A DNA stretch of 64,000 nucleotides from Bdellovibrionota bacterium (GCA_965207455.1 CBDBMJ010000001.1:992001-1056000); one strand, 5' to 3'. Numbered from the stretch's first letter, positions 20,880 through 32,721 are shown. Notes: generated from the letters alone by a model not told the origin. Numbers and translations: made by a program.

Positions 20880-23800
20880 CGAGTACATACTTCATCTATA
20901 GTTTTCCCCTTGTTATGATAGGCCTCAAAAGAAACTTTTTCTATTCTAAGCACTCCCACTATTAATTCTAAAGAGTATTTCATAGAAGACTCCATACGGT
21001 TAAGAATTTTCTCAATAGATTTTTCATACATTCTTGCTTTTGATCCGTCTAAAGTCTCCACAGCCGCAAGTAATGTGGTGCGAATCTCTTGCAGATCTGC
21101 TGTCATAGACTTAAAGATTTCCTTCATGCTATCAAGGGATATCAAGGGATATAGTTGAGCTATAGTCTTCTCCTTCATGTTCATTAACAAAATAATTAAT
21201 TGAAGGGAAATTACCTTTTCTGCATTTAACGGCTGACTTTTCAAAGATACTCCATAATATTTCAAATTTTTCAGAGAATTTTTTTGTTGTAGCATCATAG
21301 TTATGTATATCATTGTCTTTTATCTCTGTTGACATGTTTTGTAAATCTTTATAAATTGTTCTTAAAACTTCTTTGAGATAGTACTTTACTTCAAAAAACA
21401 TGGAGTATAGATAACTTGATTCTACTTTATCTCTATTGATTTTTTTTGGATCCAGCATCCCTGAATAGTATCCTCCTGGACCTGGATTACTCTCTGAACA
21501 ATCTATCCCTAAAGGGTAAAAACCAAACAATGCTTTTCGAAATTTTCTTTTAGAGCCTTCTTGTTTTATTAAAGCATCACATTTCACCTTATCATTGGGA
21601 ATTTCCACATTATAATTCCACCATAAGCTAAATCGATTCTTAGCGCTACAGTAAGAATATTTTTTATAAGGAAAAACATCATTCTCAAGTGACTTGTCAA
21701 GATCGCAATCATCCTTTCCTTCACAAGAAAGCAATTCCTTGTCACAATACATTCTTGAACCTAACTCATTCAAAAAGAAATCTATATTGTCATGGATAAC
21801 TGCTGATATACTGCTATAGTGTCTTTTTTTGTCAGAAAAATACCAATGATAATCTCCATCAACGCTAGGGAGAACAAAACGACTCTTAGTAGAACCCCTG
21901 CGGCTACAAGGATCAGCCTTTATGTTGGGAAGCAGGGAGGGAGGACGAAATTCTATATCTTGTGCAAAGGAGGCATCAACGGAATCCTTGATTTTTTTTG
22001 GCCCACAAACCATGCTAAGAAAAAGAGATTCACTTAAAGATTTTGATTTGACAACTCCTGAAAGTATATTGTATTTAGAGAAACAATCTTTTTTCTCTTC
22101 CTTAAGATATTTATCTGGATTATATGAAGTGGATTTGCCATATTCCTCCTAAAATTGATTGAGTTTTATGCTCCGCAGGGCAGTAATTTCCTTCTTTTGC
22201 TTCATTCAATTTTTTTAAGTATTGTCTTACATAACTATCACTTGCCTCAGGAAAACCTAATATCTCATATGCTGGATAAAAAAGACAATCTATTGACTCA
22301 AATTTACTTTCTTTGCATTCTTCAAATGCGTTAGTTTTTTGAATTTGTTTTGCTAAGGTAAGCACACCTTCAGCAAGTTTCTCTCTATTCTTTATAGCGA
22401 GAGAATCTTTAATTTTTTTTATTTTTTTATACGTTGGATTGCTTGTAATCCATGGAGAGGATCGTGTAAAAGAATTTAGAGATTGCTTCAAGAAAGTTGA
22501 AGCCATTAAAATCCGGCACTGCTTCTCAAAACCTATTGGAGAGGATGAGTCTAAGGTGATTGAATAATTAGCTTTAGTCAAGGCGGGGTATGCTTCTCTT
22601 AAACCTATATTCAATTTTTCAATATGTTTTTCTCCACAGTTATCCAAACTCAGATCACAAGATTTTACAACATGATATTTTTCAAAAAGAGAGACTAACT
22701 GCTTTCTTGTTATATTCACTGTTTCTTTATTTCCATCTATTCTCCATGCATGCTTATTTCGTTTAGAAACTTTTAGCTCATTTTCATAAAAATTTCGAAT
22801 ATAAAACGTATGTTCGTCTGGAAACCTAATCGATTTTATAGAGTAATCTGATAATCTCTTTTTTTCTCCTATTTTTTCACAAATTGCTATATCAGGCTTT
22901 TCATCTATTCTTCCCAAATAACCTTTTCCCTGTTCACTATCAATATTCAGATATTTATATGCTTTTTTTTGGTAATAACCTTCTTGATCATAAGGTAATT
23001 CTCTGATTGTGTCTATGGGGTTAACTCTCTCCGCACTCATAAATTTAGGTATTGATTCATTGAGGCTTTCCCCATCTTTAGGTGGATTCTTTTCTATATA
23101 ATCTACATACTTTGTAATAAAATCGCCGTAAAAACTCGATGTTTGTTCACTAACAACATTAAAGTGAGACATATAGTTCTCATACTGGTAGTAAGTATTC
23201 TGCTCTTGCTCTATTAACGAACCATGCCACGCAGACTGATATTCAATAAAATCTTCCACATTATTATAAAAATCATGAATGCTTGTTTGAGTTGAAGTGG
23301 GTGCTGTAGCCTTGGCAGGTTCATTCATACTATAGAGTACACTAGATGATGAACTAGGCTTTTCTTTCGAGAGCTCACGAGTAAGTTCTAAAACTTCATC
23401 AAGTTTTCTTTTGCTATTTCCTACATACAAAGCATCAACCTTAGTTCCCAAATAGTTAGCACCACCTTCAGTTTCAAACATCCATCCTAAAAAAAAGAAA
23501 ATATGCCATATCGACTGCCCAATCATTGCCACCGTTGTGGCAGCTGGATGAAAGGGAAGAGTAAATAAAGTTATATTTTTAATTTTTGACCATACCGCTA
23601 GATGCTTAGAAAGAAATGAAACTTTCTTTCCTCCCCTAAGAGATGATATGGCACCGGTAGTTCCATGGGCTAGACCTGCAGCTGTTAAAATATGTACAAC
23701 ATCTACCCCCAAATGGGCAAAAAATTTTCCATTCTTAAACTTCTTGTACAATGCGGCGCATTCAGCTAGTTGTTGATCTTTATCCGTTTTTGACACATAG

Positions 23801-24708
23801 GGAGCCCCTCGCCTACCTTCTTTTATTTCATTTGGATTGGATAAAGCCCCGAAAGTACAATCTTTAATACCCCAACCCACATCTGTAATAATTGATGCTC
23901 CTATAGTTGCAAGCGCCATACCCGCATAAGTATTAAATTTACTCTCAAATAGTCTTTGCATAAAAGTATGGGGGCGAATCAATCCATGAGGCAGGGGTGC
24001 AGTTCGAAGCTGACTATAAGCACCATATAAACTATTTATAAAAATAAAGTTAAAGAAATGAAAAGTAGATCTTGCATCTGTTAACATTTCCAATTCAGAA
24101 TTAACACAACGAGGATCGGATAAATCCTTCACTTCATGGAAGGCGAAACATACCACATTTCCAGCAGCAAAAAATAGCAAAACCTCCAAGGGAAAGCGAC
24201 CTATTGTTCTTTTTAGGACTACGCCTTTTCCATACTTAATTTTTTGCTCTTCTTTAATAAGTTTAGAATAATATTCTCCAATTGTTTTTTGTATATTCCC
24301 AAGCACTGAAAGCTCTGATAGACTAAGAGATCGTTCTAACAGCGAGAAATCTTCCTTTGCTCCCTTTATTTGTTCTATTTTTTTTCTCAGTCTTTTCAGT
24401 AATCTTTTCTCCAGAGGAGCAAGGACAGGACTATTACGCTCCATCTCTTCTGCTAACGTAAATATTGTTATTGCTTGACTATTCCTATGACTATTCACAT
24501 TTTGTTCTAGATCATTCTCTTTTATAATTCCTTGTAATTTTTCGAATGCATCTCTGAAAATTTCTTCATCGTCCTTAGTGCTGGGCCTACGATCTTTTGA
24601 AGTTTTTGTGATCTTTGAAAATTTAGAAGAAGTAGAGTATAGCGCTGAAGTGCAGGAAGTGGAAAATATAATAAGAGCCAGAAATAAACACAGCTTTCGT
24701 TTCATCAA
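20876..24708 (-). pseudogene. Large (~1,270 aa) lipoprotein/membrane protein gene broken into three ORFs (22120..24708, 21132..~22150, 20876..~21140)
   Basis: Lipobox-like STSC; hydrophobic segments; frame change near 22120-22150; 10-bp duplication at 21131-21150 whose removal fuses ...STISLD to SMKEIFK... Confidence 0.65.
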
Positions 24709-24776
24709 ATATTATTATAATAGAGAACAGTATAAACATAAAGAGGCACTTTTATAAATGCAATCTCATTACCTCT

Positions 24777-24820
24777 TGAAGTGTGCCGGGCTGAAGTGTG
24801 CCGGGCTGAAGTGTGCCGGG
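24777..24820. repeat. 15-bp tandem repeat x3 (tgaagtgtgccgggc), intergenic
   Basis: Read directly; no spacers. Confidence 0.9.
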
Positions 24821-24840
24821 TGATCTTTTTGCTTTAAACC

Positions 24841-26907
24841 TTACAACAATGCTATCAGGGGAGCGATTAATAATGAAACCACGCTCATCACCTTAATAAG
24901 AATGGAGACAGCTGGACCAGAGGTGTCTTTAAATGGATCTCCTACCATATCACCCACAATAGCAGCCTTGTGGGTGTCGCCCCCTTTGCTGTGTCCTTGG
25001 AGTAAACCTTTTTCTATATATTTCTTTGCATTATCCCAAGCCCCACCAGCATTGGCCATAAATAAAGCCATCGTGGCACCAACGGCCATGGCTCCAGCTA
25101 AAGTCCCTGCTAAAACAACGGGTCCTAAAATAAATCCCACCAATATGGGAGCAAAAATAGCAATGGTTCCAGGCAGGATCATTTGCAGTAAGGCTGCATC
25201 GGTAGCAATTTCCACAATCTTTTTTGGTTCAGGTTCTGCTGTTCCTTCTCGTAAGCCTGGAATGTCTCGAAACTGTCGTTGAATCTCCTCCACAATAGTA
25301 CTGGCAGCGCGACCCACGGCCGTCATCGTAGTACAAGCAATGAGAAAGGGTAAAATAGAACCTATTAAAATACCAATCAATACATCAGCCGTCGTTAGGT
25401 TTAAAAGAAGGGGTTCCAAACCATTTTGGTTACGAATATAATTTATCTCCATATTGAACGCAGAAAATAAGGCAAGCACAGTAAGAATAGCCGAACCAAT
25501 GGCAAAGCCCTTACCAATAGCTGCGGTGGTATTTCCCACAGCATCCAGTTTATCTGTAATGGCTCGCACCTCAGGGCCCAAGCCAGACATTTCGGATAAG
25601 CCTCCTGCATTGTCTGCAATGGGACCATATGCATCCACGGTCATTACAATAGCCGTAGCAGCTAACATGCCCACAGCTGCAATAGCAATTCCGTATAAAC
25701 CCAAAAACTCATTGGCCACAAAGGCTGCCACAATTACAGCCAACATAGGAAGAGCCACAGATTCCATACCCACTGCAAGCCCTCGGATCACTCCCGTACC
25801 AGCACCCGTCTTGCAAGACTCTGCAATTAAACGAATGGGACGAGAGGCTGTATAGTATTCCGTAACCAAACCAATAAATCCACCGCCAATGGCTCCTGCG
25901 GCAAGTGCTATCGTAACTCCTTGGCTTAAGCCCAGCCAAGGCATCACTACGTAGGAAACTGCGGTAAGTGCTAGGGGAGGAAAAATTAAACAATTGCGAA
26001 GCACCGTCGCAGGATTCCTATCGCACATCAACCGGGCAAGAAAAATACTGGCAATGGAAATAAAAAGCCCCAATGCGGAAAGAAATAAGGGGAGGGTAAC
26101 TCCCATCATTCGAATATGCTCTTCCGTGTGACTGGCAGGATCCAGCATTAAAACCTCCAGCCCAAGACTTGGAATTGTCAATGCAATGGCCATGGCAGAA
26201 ACAATGGCTGCCACCATGGATTCGTAAATATCTGCTCCCATGCCGGCAACGTCGCCCACATTATCTCCCACATTATCTGCAATTACACCTGGGTTGCGAG
26301 GATCGTCCTCTGGAATATCTTCAATTACTTTACCTGCAATGTCGGCTCCCACATCGGCTGCTTTCGTATAAATCCCTCCACCGATACGGGCAAATAAAGC
26401 AATGGAGCTAGCCCCCACAGCAAAAGCATGAAGAACAGTGGCTATATGGGCATGATCGTGAAAATACCAATACAGACCGCCCAGACCCACTAAACCTAAA
26501 CCAGCCACACAGAGACCCATTACTCCACCACCGTCGAGTGCATTGAGTAATGCTAGGCCAGGTTTATTTTCCCTGGCTGCTTGTGCTGTACGCACATTAG
26601 CCAAAGTAGCAGAGTTCATTCCAAAAAATCCAGCCAATAGGCTTAAAAAAGCCCCCAGCAAAAAACATAGTCCAGATAAAATCCCTAGGCTCGCCCAAAG
26701 GAGTGCGAACACAATTAAAGAGTAGAAAAAAAGAACCTTATACTCACGCATGAGAAAAACCATGGAACCCTCTCTCACGTAGCCAGCAATACGGTTCATG
26801 GTTTCATTGCCTGCGGGCTGTCCCTTGATACGGACAAAAAAGAAAACGGCCACGAACAGGGCAAGGATGCCGGAAATAATAGGCATGGTATATAGAAATG
26901 TAGTCAT
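24841..26907 (-). CDS. hppA: Membrane-bound pyrophosphatase, K+-dependent, probably Na+-pumping
   Basis: [45 protein letters not shown]. Confidence 0.95.
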   Translation of the reverse strand: MTTFLYTMPIISGILALFVAVFFFVRIKGQPAGNETMNRIAGYVREGSMVFLMREYKVLFFYSLIVFALLWASLGILSGLCFLLGAFLSLLAGFFGMNSATLANVRTAQAARENKPGLALLNALDGGGVMGLCVAGLGLVGLGGLYWYFHDHAHIATVLHAFAVGASSIALFARIGGGIYTKAADVGADIAGKVIEDIPEDDPRNPGVIADNVGDNVGDVAGMGADIYESMVAAIVSAMAIALTIPSLGLEVLMLDPASHTEEHIRMMGVTLPLFLSALGLFISIASIFLARLMCDRNPATVLRNCLIFPPLALTAVSYVVMPWLGLSQGVTIALAAGAIGGGFIGLVTEYYTASRPIRLIAESCKTGAGTGVIRGLAVGMESVALPMLAVIVAAFVANEFLGLYGIAIAAVGMLAATAIVMTVDAYGPIADNAGGLSEMSGLGPEVRAITDKLDAVGNTTAAIGKGFAIGSAILTVLALFSAFNMEINYIRNQNGLEPLLLNLTTADVLIGILIGSILPFLIACTTMTAVGRAASTIVEEIQRQFRDIPGLREGTAEPEPKKIVEIATDAALLQMILPGTIAIFAPILVGFILGPVVLAGTLAGAMAVGATMALFMANAGGAWDNAKKYIEKGLLQGHSKGGDTHKAAIVGDMVGDPFKDTSGPAVSILIKVMSVVSLLIAPLIALL

Positions 26908-26968
26908 GAAAAAATCCCTTCAATATTAGTTTTTAATCCTTCCATTACTGTATACTAAAGTAAGCAAT

Positions 26969-27424
26969 ATGCAATACTGGCTCATGAAATCTGAACCTGA
27001 GACTTTCTCCATTGAGGATCTTAAGCAATCCCAAAAAACCCAATGGGATGGAGTACGAAACTACCAAGCTCGTAACTTTATGCGAGACAAAATGCGACTA
27101 GGGGATCTCATATTCTTCTACCACAGCAATGCCAAGCCCCCGGGCATTGTTGGCCTAGCAAAGGTATCCCGAGAAAGTCACCCCGACCCCACGCAATTGG
27201 ATAAAAAAAGCCCCTACTTCGACCCGCGAGCCACCCAAGACAAGCCCATCTGGTTCCTAGTGGAAATCACCTTTCAAAAGAAATTTTCCTCCATCCTCTC
27301 CCTAGAGAGCCTAAAAGAAGAGAAAATGCTCCAAGATTTTCCTTTATTGAAGCAAGGCAACCGACTGTCCATACTGCCTGTGAGCAAGAAACACTGGCAG
27401 CATATTTTAACCTTAGCTAATTGA
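26969..27424 (+). CDS. EVE domain protein
   Basis: YWLMKSEP, WDGVRNYQARN, FFYHS, RLSILPV. Confidence 0.93.
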   Translation: MQYWLMKSEPETFSIEDLKQSQKTQWDGVRNYQARNFMRDKMRLGDLIFFYHSNAKPPGIVGLAKVSRESHPDPTQLDKKSPYFDPRATQDKPIWFLVEITFQKKFSSILSLESLKEEKMLQDFPLLKQGNRLSILPVSKKHWQHILTLAN

Positions 27425-28748
27425 CCATGAATCCTGGACCTAAGCCCGATCCCACCAAGGCTTCCAGATCGTCCACCTCTTTGGGAGCACCTGAGGTGAG
27501 GACTTCTGGATCTCCTGTGGTCACAAGAATATCGTCCTCAATACGAACTCCAATGCCCCGGTATTCCGGGGGTACATCGTCCCTATCCTTAGAGATATAA
27601 ATGCCCGGCTCCACAGTGCATATATTTCCTGGGACTAAGGGAATACTCTCTCCAGAGTCGGTGAAATATACACCTGCATCGTGCACATCCAAGCCCAGCC
27701 AATGGCCTGTGCTATGGGGGAAAAAGCTCTTATATTTTTTTTCCTTTATAATTTGATTCCCTTTGAGGAAACCCAGATCCAGCAAACCGTCCACGATGAC
27801 TTCCAAAGATTTTTTATGCATGTAGTCATAAGGATTCCCCGATCGTGCCACGGCAATTGCTTGCTTTTGAGCCTCTAGGACAATTTCATAGATTCTTTTT
27901 TGTGCCGACGTAAAACGTCCATTAACGGGAAAAGTTCGTGTAATGTCGCTGGCATAAAGGTCCAGCTCTCCTCCTGCATCCACAAGAACAAGATCACCGT
28001 CCTCTAGAACGGATCGATTCTGAGTATAGTGCAAAACAGTGGCGTTATTGCCTCCACCCACAATGGATGGATATGCCAGTGCTTGGGCGCCACCCAGGAA
28101 AAAAGATCGTTCAATCTCGGCAGCTAATTGGTATTCGTATTGGTTCACAGTTGTGAGTGCCATACCGTCGCGATGGGCCTTGGCAGAGTTTTTCGCACTA
28201 GATCTCATTATTTCAATTTCGTGGGCATCCTTTACCATTCTTTGACGGGCCAAAATGGGTGCAGTGGAAAACACTCCCTCTATGGCTTTCTCTCCCCTGC
28301 GGGGGTTGGAAGAAAAGGCTTGCATATACTTTTGCATTGTAGCGTCCACTTCTCTATACACTCCCATGGGGTAGTACACCTTGCCCGTTTTTCGCAATAA
28401 TGGAAAAAACTCTTTTTCAAAGTCGGCTAGAGGAAAGCAGGCATTGGGTTTTAGCTGTGCTTTGGCTTCCTCCACTCCCATTCGTTTTCCCACCCACAGT
28501 TCCTTGCTTGGATCCTTGGGGGGTACAAATAAGCGATAGGGCGTGGAAGTATGGGGAGCAAAAATAGCGATGGCTTTTTCCTCTGTATATCCCGTTAGGT
28601 AGTAAAAAGAACTATCGGGTCGATAGGGGTAGTGGGAATCTCCGTTACGCAACACCTCTGGAGACGTAAAAAATACGGCAACAGCATCACCAAGTTCTGC
28701 TAAAAATTTGCTCCGACGTTCATGAAATATGTTCTGATCCACAGTCAA
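27417..28748 (-). CDS. pepP: Xaa-Pro aminopeptidase (M24B)
   Basis: FYYLTG, DAGGE..YASDITRT, HSTGHWLGLDVHD, VEPG, GVRIEDD. Confidence 0.93.
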   Translation of the reverse strand: MTVDQNIFHERRSKFLAELGDAVAVFFTSPEVLRNGDSHYPYRPDSSFYYLTGYTEEKAIAIFAPHTSTPYRLFVPPKDPSKELWVGKRMGVEEAKAQLKPNACFPLADFEKEFFPLLRKTGKVYYPMGVYREVDATMQKYMQAFSSNPRRGEKAIEGVFSTAPILARQRMVKDAHEIEIMRSSAKNSAKAHRDGMALTTVNQYEYQLAAEIERSFFLGGAQALAYPSIVGGGNNATVLHYTQNRSVLEDGDLVLVDAGGELDLYASDITRTFPVNGRFTSAQKRIYEIVLEAQKQAIAVARSGNPYDYMHKKSLEVIVDGLLDLGFLKGNQIIKEKKYKSFFPHSTGHWLGLDVHDAGVYFTDSGESIPLVPGNICTVEPGIYISKDRDDVPPEYRGIGVRIEDDILVTTGDPEVLTSGAPKEVDDLEALVGSGLGPGFMVN

Positions 28749-28943
28749 AAGTGTAAACCAGTACCTTAGGTGTGTAAAGCTATCTTATGATTCTTACCTT
28801 AAACATCCTAAGGCCTTCGCTGAGGCAGGAGAATTCCAGCAGTTAAAATCCTGCCATCAGTTTTTTCCTTTGCTACGTTCCACCAAAAGGTTCTATTTTC
28901 AGCACATTCTTTTAGAAGTGAAAAGAGTTTTGCAACATTATGT

Positions 28944-29843
28944 TTAGTGAAGAACTTTAGAAGATAGATCTAGTTTAATATCTTTGATAATTTTTTTTAA
29001 AAATTTAGTCAAAATTCTATTTGATGGCCAAACAGCGGAGATATTGTAGGGGTGGGAACATTCTTTTTCTAAAATAGGAGTAATTTGATCCCTGTACAGA
29101 TGATAATAATAATCGGGAAGTAGTGAAAACATATCGCTATTTTTAAGTGCGTTGATACAAATAGAAACATTATCGTGAAGAAGTTGTGGAGCTTGGGTCA
29201 CTCCTAACTTTAAAAGAGATGGATGTTTTTCACAATTATCTATTCCCTGGAAAGATTTTGGTAAAGTCAAAGGGTACTCAGTAAGTGCTTTTACTTTTGC
29301 CTTATTAGATAGCTTAAGAATTGGGTGGTTTTTCCTTACAAAAATGTGCATTTTTCCTTCATATAAAATTTCAGTTTCAATTTTTATATTTTCTTGAGGG
29401 GAGAAACAAAAGCCTATATCACGCTGACCATTTATGAGTGTCTTAACAACATTGGCAGAACGTAATGAGAAAATTTCAGTGCTAACCTTTGTATGTTTTG
29501 CCAAGCTTTTACTCAAAATAGGAGTGACAAGAAAATCAGCAAGGACGTGAGTTGCTACAATCTTATAATGGCCTTGATGATCAACATTATCCGATGTAAT
29601 TTCGTCTTTTAATGAATTAAATCTTGCAAGTATTTCTTCCACATGTTCAGCAAAATATTTTCCATGTGCTGTAAGAAAGATATTTTTGCCTTTTTTTTCA
29701 AATAATGGACGACCTATTTCTTCTTCAAGAAATGAAATACTATGACTAATGGCACTTGGTGAGATGCCCAATATTTTTGAAGCTTTCCCAATATGCTCAT
29801 TTTTGGCTGTCTCAAGAAAATAATTTAGTTGGTCTATCTTCAT
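28944..29843 (-). CDS. LysR-family transcriptional regulator, divergent from the biosynthetic operon
   Basis: N-terminal HTH (KASKILGISPSAISHSI..LEEEIG..LF..KGK...LT); about 300 aa. Confidence 0.93.
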   Translation of the reverse strand: MKIDQLNYFLETAKNEHIGKASKILGISPSAISHSISFLEEEIGRPLFEKKGKNIFLTAHGKYFAEHVEEILARFNSLKDEITSDNVDHQGHYKIVATHVLADFLVTPILSKSLAKHTKVSTEIFSLRSANVVKTLINGQRDIGFCFSPQENIKIETEILYEGKMHIFVRKNHPILKLSNKAKVKALTEYPLTLPKSFQGIDNCEKHPSLLKLGVTQAPQLLHDNVSICINALKNSDMFSLLPDYYYHLYRDQITPILEKECSHPYNISAVWPSNRILTKFLKKIIKDIKLDLSSKVLH

Positions 29844-29847
29844 ATTC

Positions 29848-29863
29848 GTTAGTTTCTCTCAAC
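29848..29863. promoter_or_regulatory. Candidate LysR recognition box (T-N11-A)
   Basis: gttagtttctctcaac immediately upstream of the LysR start in the divergent intergenic region. Confidence 0.35.
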
Positions 29864-29951
29864 AATATTGATGAATTCATATCATTTTACACATATATAG
29901 TCAAGCTCTACACTAGCAATCAAGAAGAAGACTAATTTAATTGGAGGAAGC

Positions 29952-31682
29952 ATGAAATTAATAAGATACAGCAGTGATAGTATGGGCAAGGCCTATGGAA
30001 TTAGTTGTTCCAATGACTTGCATCCAAATAATTCATGCGGCGCATCTTTTTTTCCAAGCTTATGTAGAGTGGAACAGGGTGGTGAAACGCTGATTCATTC
30101 ACATTATGAAACTGAAATTTTTATTGTCACAAAAGGAAGGGCTCTTGCTGTTGTTGAGGGTGAAGAGGTCTTCCTTGATCCCAATGATCAATTGCTTGTT
30201 CATCCCTTTGAGGAACATATTATAAAAAATATAGGGTCTGAGCCTCTTGAGTTCTTTGCTATTTATTCAAGAGTTAACTATAAGAATGATACTAAAAAGA
30301 GCAATACTCTCATCATTTCGGCTCCTCCCACACCCAATGGAGGTCTCCACTTAGGACATCTATCTGGTCCCTATCTTTCAGCAGATATTTTAAAAAGATT
30401 TTTATCATTAAGAGAAAAAAAGGTTAAGCATTTCTCATCGACGGATGACAATCAAACCTACACATTTAAAATGGCTCGTGACTATGGCAAAGATCAAGAA
30501 GAGATATTGCAAAAATATCATGAGATTATTTGCTCTGATTTACGTCAGGCCTCAATAGAAGTTGATGATTTTTTTAGCACATCTAAAGATGACAATTATA
30601 AAATTCATGTTAAAGAAAAATTTGAACAATTAAAGAAGAGTGATGCTGTTTCTATAAAAAAAATAGAGTTTCCTTTTTTAGATGGTTATAAATATGAAGC
30701 TTTTTTAGAAGGAATCTGTCCTGATTGTCAGAAAAAATCTTGTGGGCAATGCTGCGAATCCTGTGGATTTGTTGGTGAAGCAAGTGATTTTAATAGAAGC
30801 AATTTAAAATCAAAGGAATGTTTAACTTTAGATTTAAGTGAATTTAGAGAATTTCTTAAACAGTATCATAACAGTTTAAACCTTCAGGGCGAAGTTGCTA
30901 AAAGAGCAAAAAAATGGAGAAGAAATCTAAGTTCTTTCACACTTAATTATCCTGAAAATATTGGAATTGATGGAATGCATGTCTGGTGTGAAATGGCATT
31001 TGGAATGCTTTATCAAATCAATAAATATTCAGACAAAGTTGATGAACTTATTTATTGCTTTGGTATTGACAATTCTTATTACTATTTAGTTTTGATACCT
31101 TCAATTTTAAAAGCATTGGGCGAAGAAGGGAAACTTCCTAATAAAGTAATTATTAATGGATTTTATAATTTAAATGATCAAAAATTTTCAACGTCTAAGG
31201 GACATGCAATATGGGTGAAAGATATTGATAAAAGTGAGTGTGACAATCTAAGGCTTTATCTTTCATTGTTTAGACCTGAAGGAGCAGTTGGAAACTATAA
31301 TCATGATGAATTTCTAAAATTTTCTAATGAAATGAACTTAAAGCTAAGTCATTTAAGGTCTTTAGAGAAAAGTGAGCTTAATGGTGCATCGTTGATAGAA
31401 GCAGACCATAATTTTTACAAAAAGCTGGTCCGAAAACTTCTTTCACTAGAAAATAGCATGAGCGAAGATTTTTCGCTGAACGAATATGCATCTAACGCGA
31501 TTCAGATCTTGAATGATTATCTCTCATATATTGAATTTAGTGAAGATACATTAGAAAAAAAGAAAATATTTATTCCGCTTATAAAAATGGCTTTTTATCC
31601 AATAATGCCAAACACGTTTGAGCTTTCTGATTTTAATTCTGTTTGGAGCTTAGATTTAAGGAGAAATTTAAATGAGAAATGA
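29952..31682 (+). CDS. Cupin / methionyl-tRNA-synthetase-like fusion: putative hydrazine (N-N bond) synthetase, Spb40/PyrN type
   Basis: N-terminal cupin (HSHYETEIF...EEHIIKN) fused to a class I aaRS core (PPTPNGGLHLGH, TDDNQ, Zn knuckle CPDC..CESC, KFSTSKGH); canonical MetRS YVWxDA replaced by HVWCEM. Confidence 0.88.
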   Translation: MKLIRYSSDSMGKAYGISCSNDLHPNNSCGASFFPSLCRVEQGGETLIHSHYETEIFIVTKGRALAVVEGEEVFLDPNDQLLVHPFEEHIIKNIGSEPLEFFAIYSRVNYKNDTKKSNTLIISAPPTPNGGLHLGHLSGPYLSADILKRFLSLREKKVKHFSSTDDNQTYTFKMARDYGKDQEEILQKYHEIICSDLRQASIEVDDFFSTSKDDNYKIHVKEKFEQLKKSDAVSIKKIEFPFLDGYKYEAFLEGICPDCQKKSCGQCCESCGFVGEASDFNRSNLKSKECLTLDLSEFREFLKQYHNSLNLQGEVAKRAKKWRRNLSSFTLNYPENIGIDGMHVWCEMAFGMLYQINKYSDKVDELIYCFGIDNSYYYLVLIPSILKALGEEGKLPNKVIINGFYNLNDQKFSTSKGHAIWVKDIDKSECDNLRLYLSLFRPEGAVGNYNHDEFLKFSNEMNLKLSHLRSLEKSELNGASLIEADHNFYKKLVRKLLSLENSMSEDFSLNEYASNAIQILNDYLSYIEFSEDTLEKKKIFIPLIKMAFYPIMPNTFELSDFNSVWSLDLRRNLNEK

Positions 31683-32721
31683 AAATAACAAATATTCCGC
31701 AATCGTGATTGGCTCAGGCTGCCTTGGCGCAAGTGTTTTTCGATCTTTAAAATTAAAGGGAGTAAGTAAAGTGCTTTTAATTGACAAAAAAAAAGCAGGA
31801 GAAGGAATTAGTGCTCTCAGTGGTGGAATGGTGCGAGTGTTTCATAGAAAAGCTAAAGATAGAATGGCATCTAAGTATAGCCAGAATGTTTTCTATAACT
31901 TAGAAAGAGAAATTGGATTAAATATTTCTAAAGTAGGTTCTCTTTCTATAGTATCCGAAGAAGATATTAGAGATATAAATATTAACGACTTTGAAATCAT
32001 CAATTATGAAAATTTAAAAGAGAGATTTCCTCAATTCAATTTCTCAGATAATGAGATCGGAGTTTATGAAAAAAATGGAGCAAGTATATGCGTAAAAGAA
32101 TATATTGAAAAAGTTATTGCTCACTACAAAACTGAACATGATGACCTTATCGAAGACACGTATGTTAGTAAGATAGATAGTAGCTCAAAAGGAATACATA
32201 AAGTTATAACAACCTCTGGTACATTCCATTCCTCTAGAGTGATCGTAACCTCTGGCATTGGATTAAAAGAAATCTTACCTGAAATATATGAAGATGAATG
32301 TATCGAGCAACGTGAAATCACGGCATATAAAGTACAAACTAAAGATGCAAAGTCAATCCCTAATTTTTTTGATTACACAACAATCTTCTATGGCTCTAAG
32401 AACTTTCAAGGAGAAAAAGGGAATTTTAGAGTTGGTGTTCAATCCGGAACTAAAAACCCCATAGAAAAGGTAAGAGAATATTCCAAAAAAAGATTTTCAC
32501 TAGATTATGAAATAACTGAAGAGAAGGTATCTGCTAATGATCTTTATACTAAAAATAGAGATGGTTTCTTGGGCAAAGTCTGTGGAAGAGATGGACTTTT
32601 TGTCCTTGCAGGATGGGGAGGCGGCGCCTTTAAATTCGCTCCTTTTCTGGGTCATAAAATAGTTGAAGAAGTCATAAATAAAAGAGAGGTAATTGGAGGT
32701 TCGTATGAGATCACAATCTAA
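31672..32721 (+). CDS. FAD-dependent oxidoreductase, D-amino-acid / sarcosine oxidase family (Spb39-like)
   Basis: VIGSGCLG Rossmann motif, SALSGGMVR, C-terminal GWGGGAFKFAP; overlaps the upstream gene. Confidence 0.85.
   Translation: MRNENNKYSAIVIGSGCLGASVFRSLKLKGVSKVLLIDKKKAGEGISALSGGMVRVFHRKAKDRMASKYSQNVFYNLEREIGLNISKVGSLSIVSEEDIRDININDFEIINYENLKERFPQFNFSDNEIGVYEKNGASICVKEYIEKVIAHYKTEHDDLIEDTYVSKIDSSSKGIHKVITTSGTFHSSRVIVTSGIGLKEILPEIYEDECIEQREITAYKVQTKDAKSIPNFFDYTTIFYGSKNFQGEKGNFRVGVQSGTKNPIEKVREYSKKRFSLDYEITEEKVSANDLYTKNRDGFLGKVCGRDGLFVLAGWGGGAFKFAPFLGHKIVEEVINKREVIGGSYEITI

Noticed and set aside
24777..24820. CRISPR array
   Set aside because: Contiguous 15-bp units with no spacers and no cas genes
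29952..31682. Housekeeping methionyl-tRNA synthetase (metG)
   Set aside because: N-terminal cupin fusion, altered Met-pocket motifs and biosynthetic neighbours argue against it
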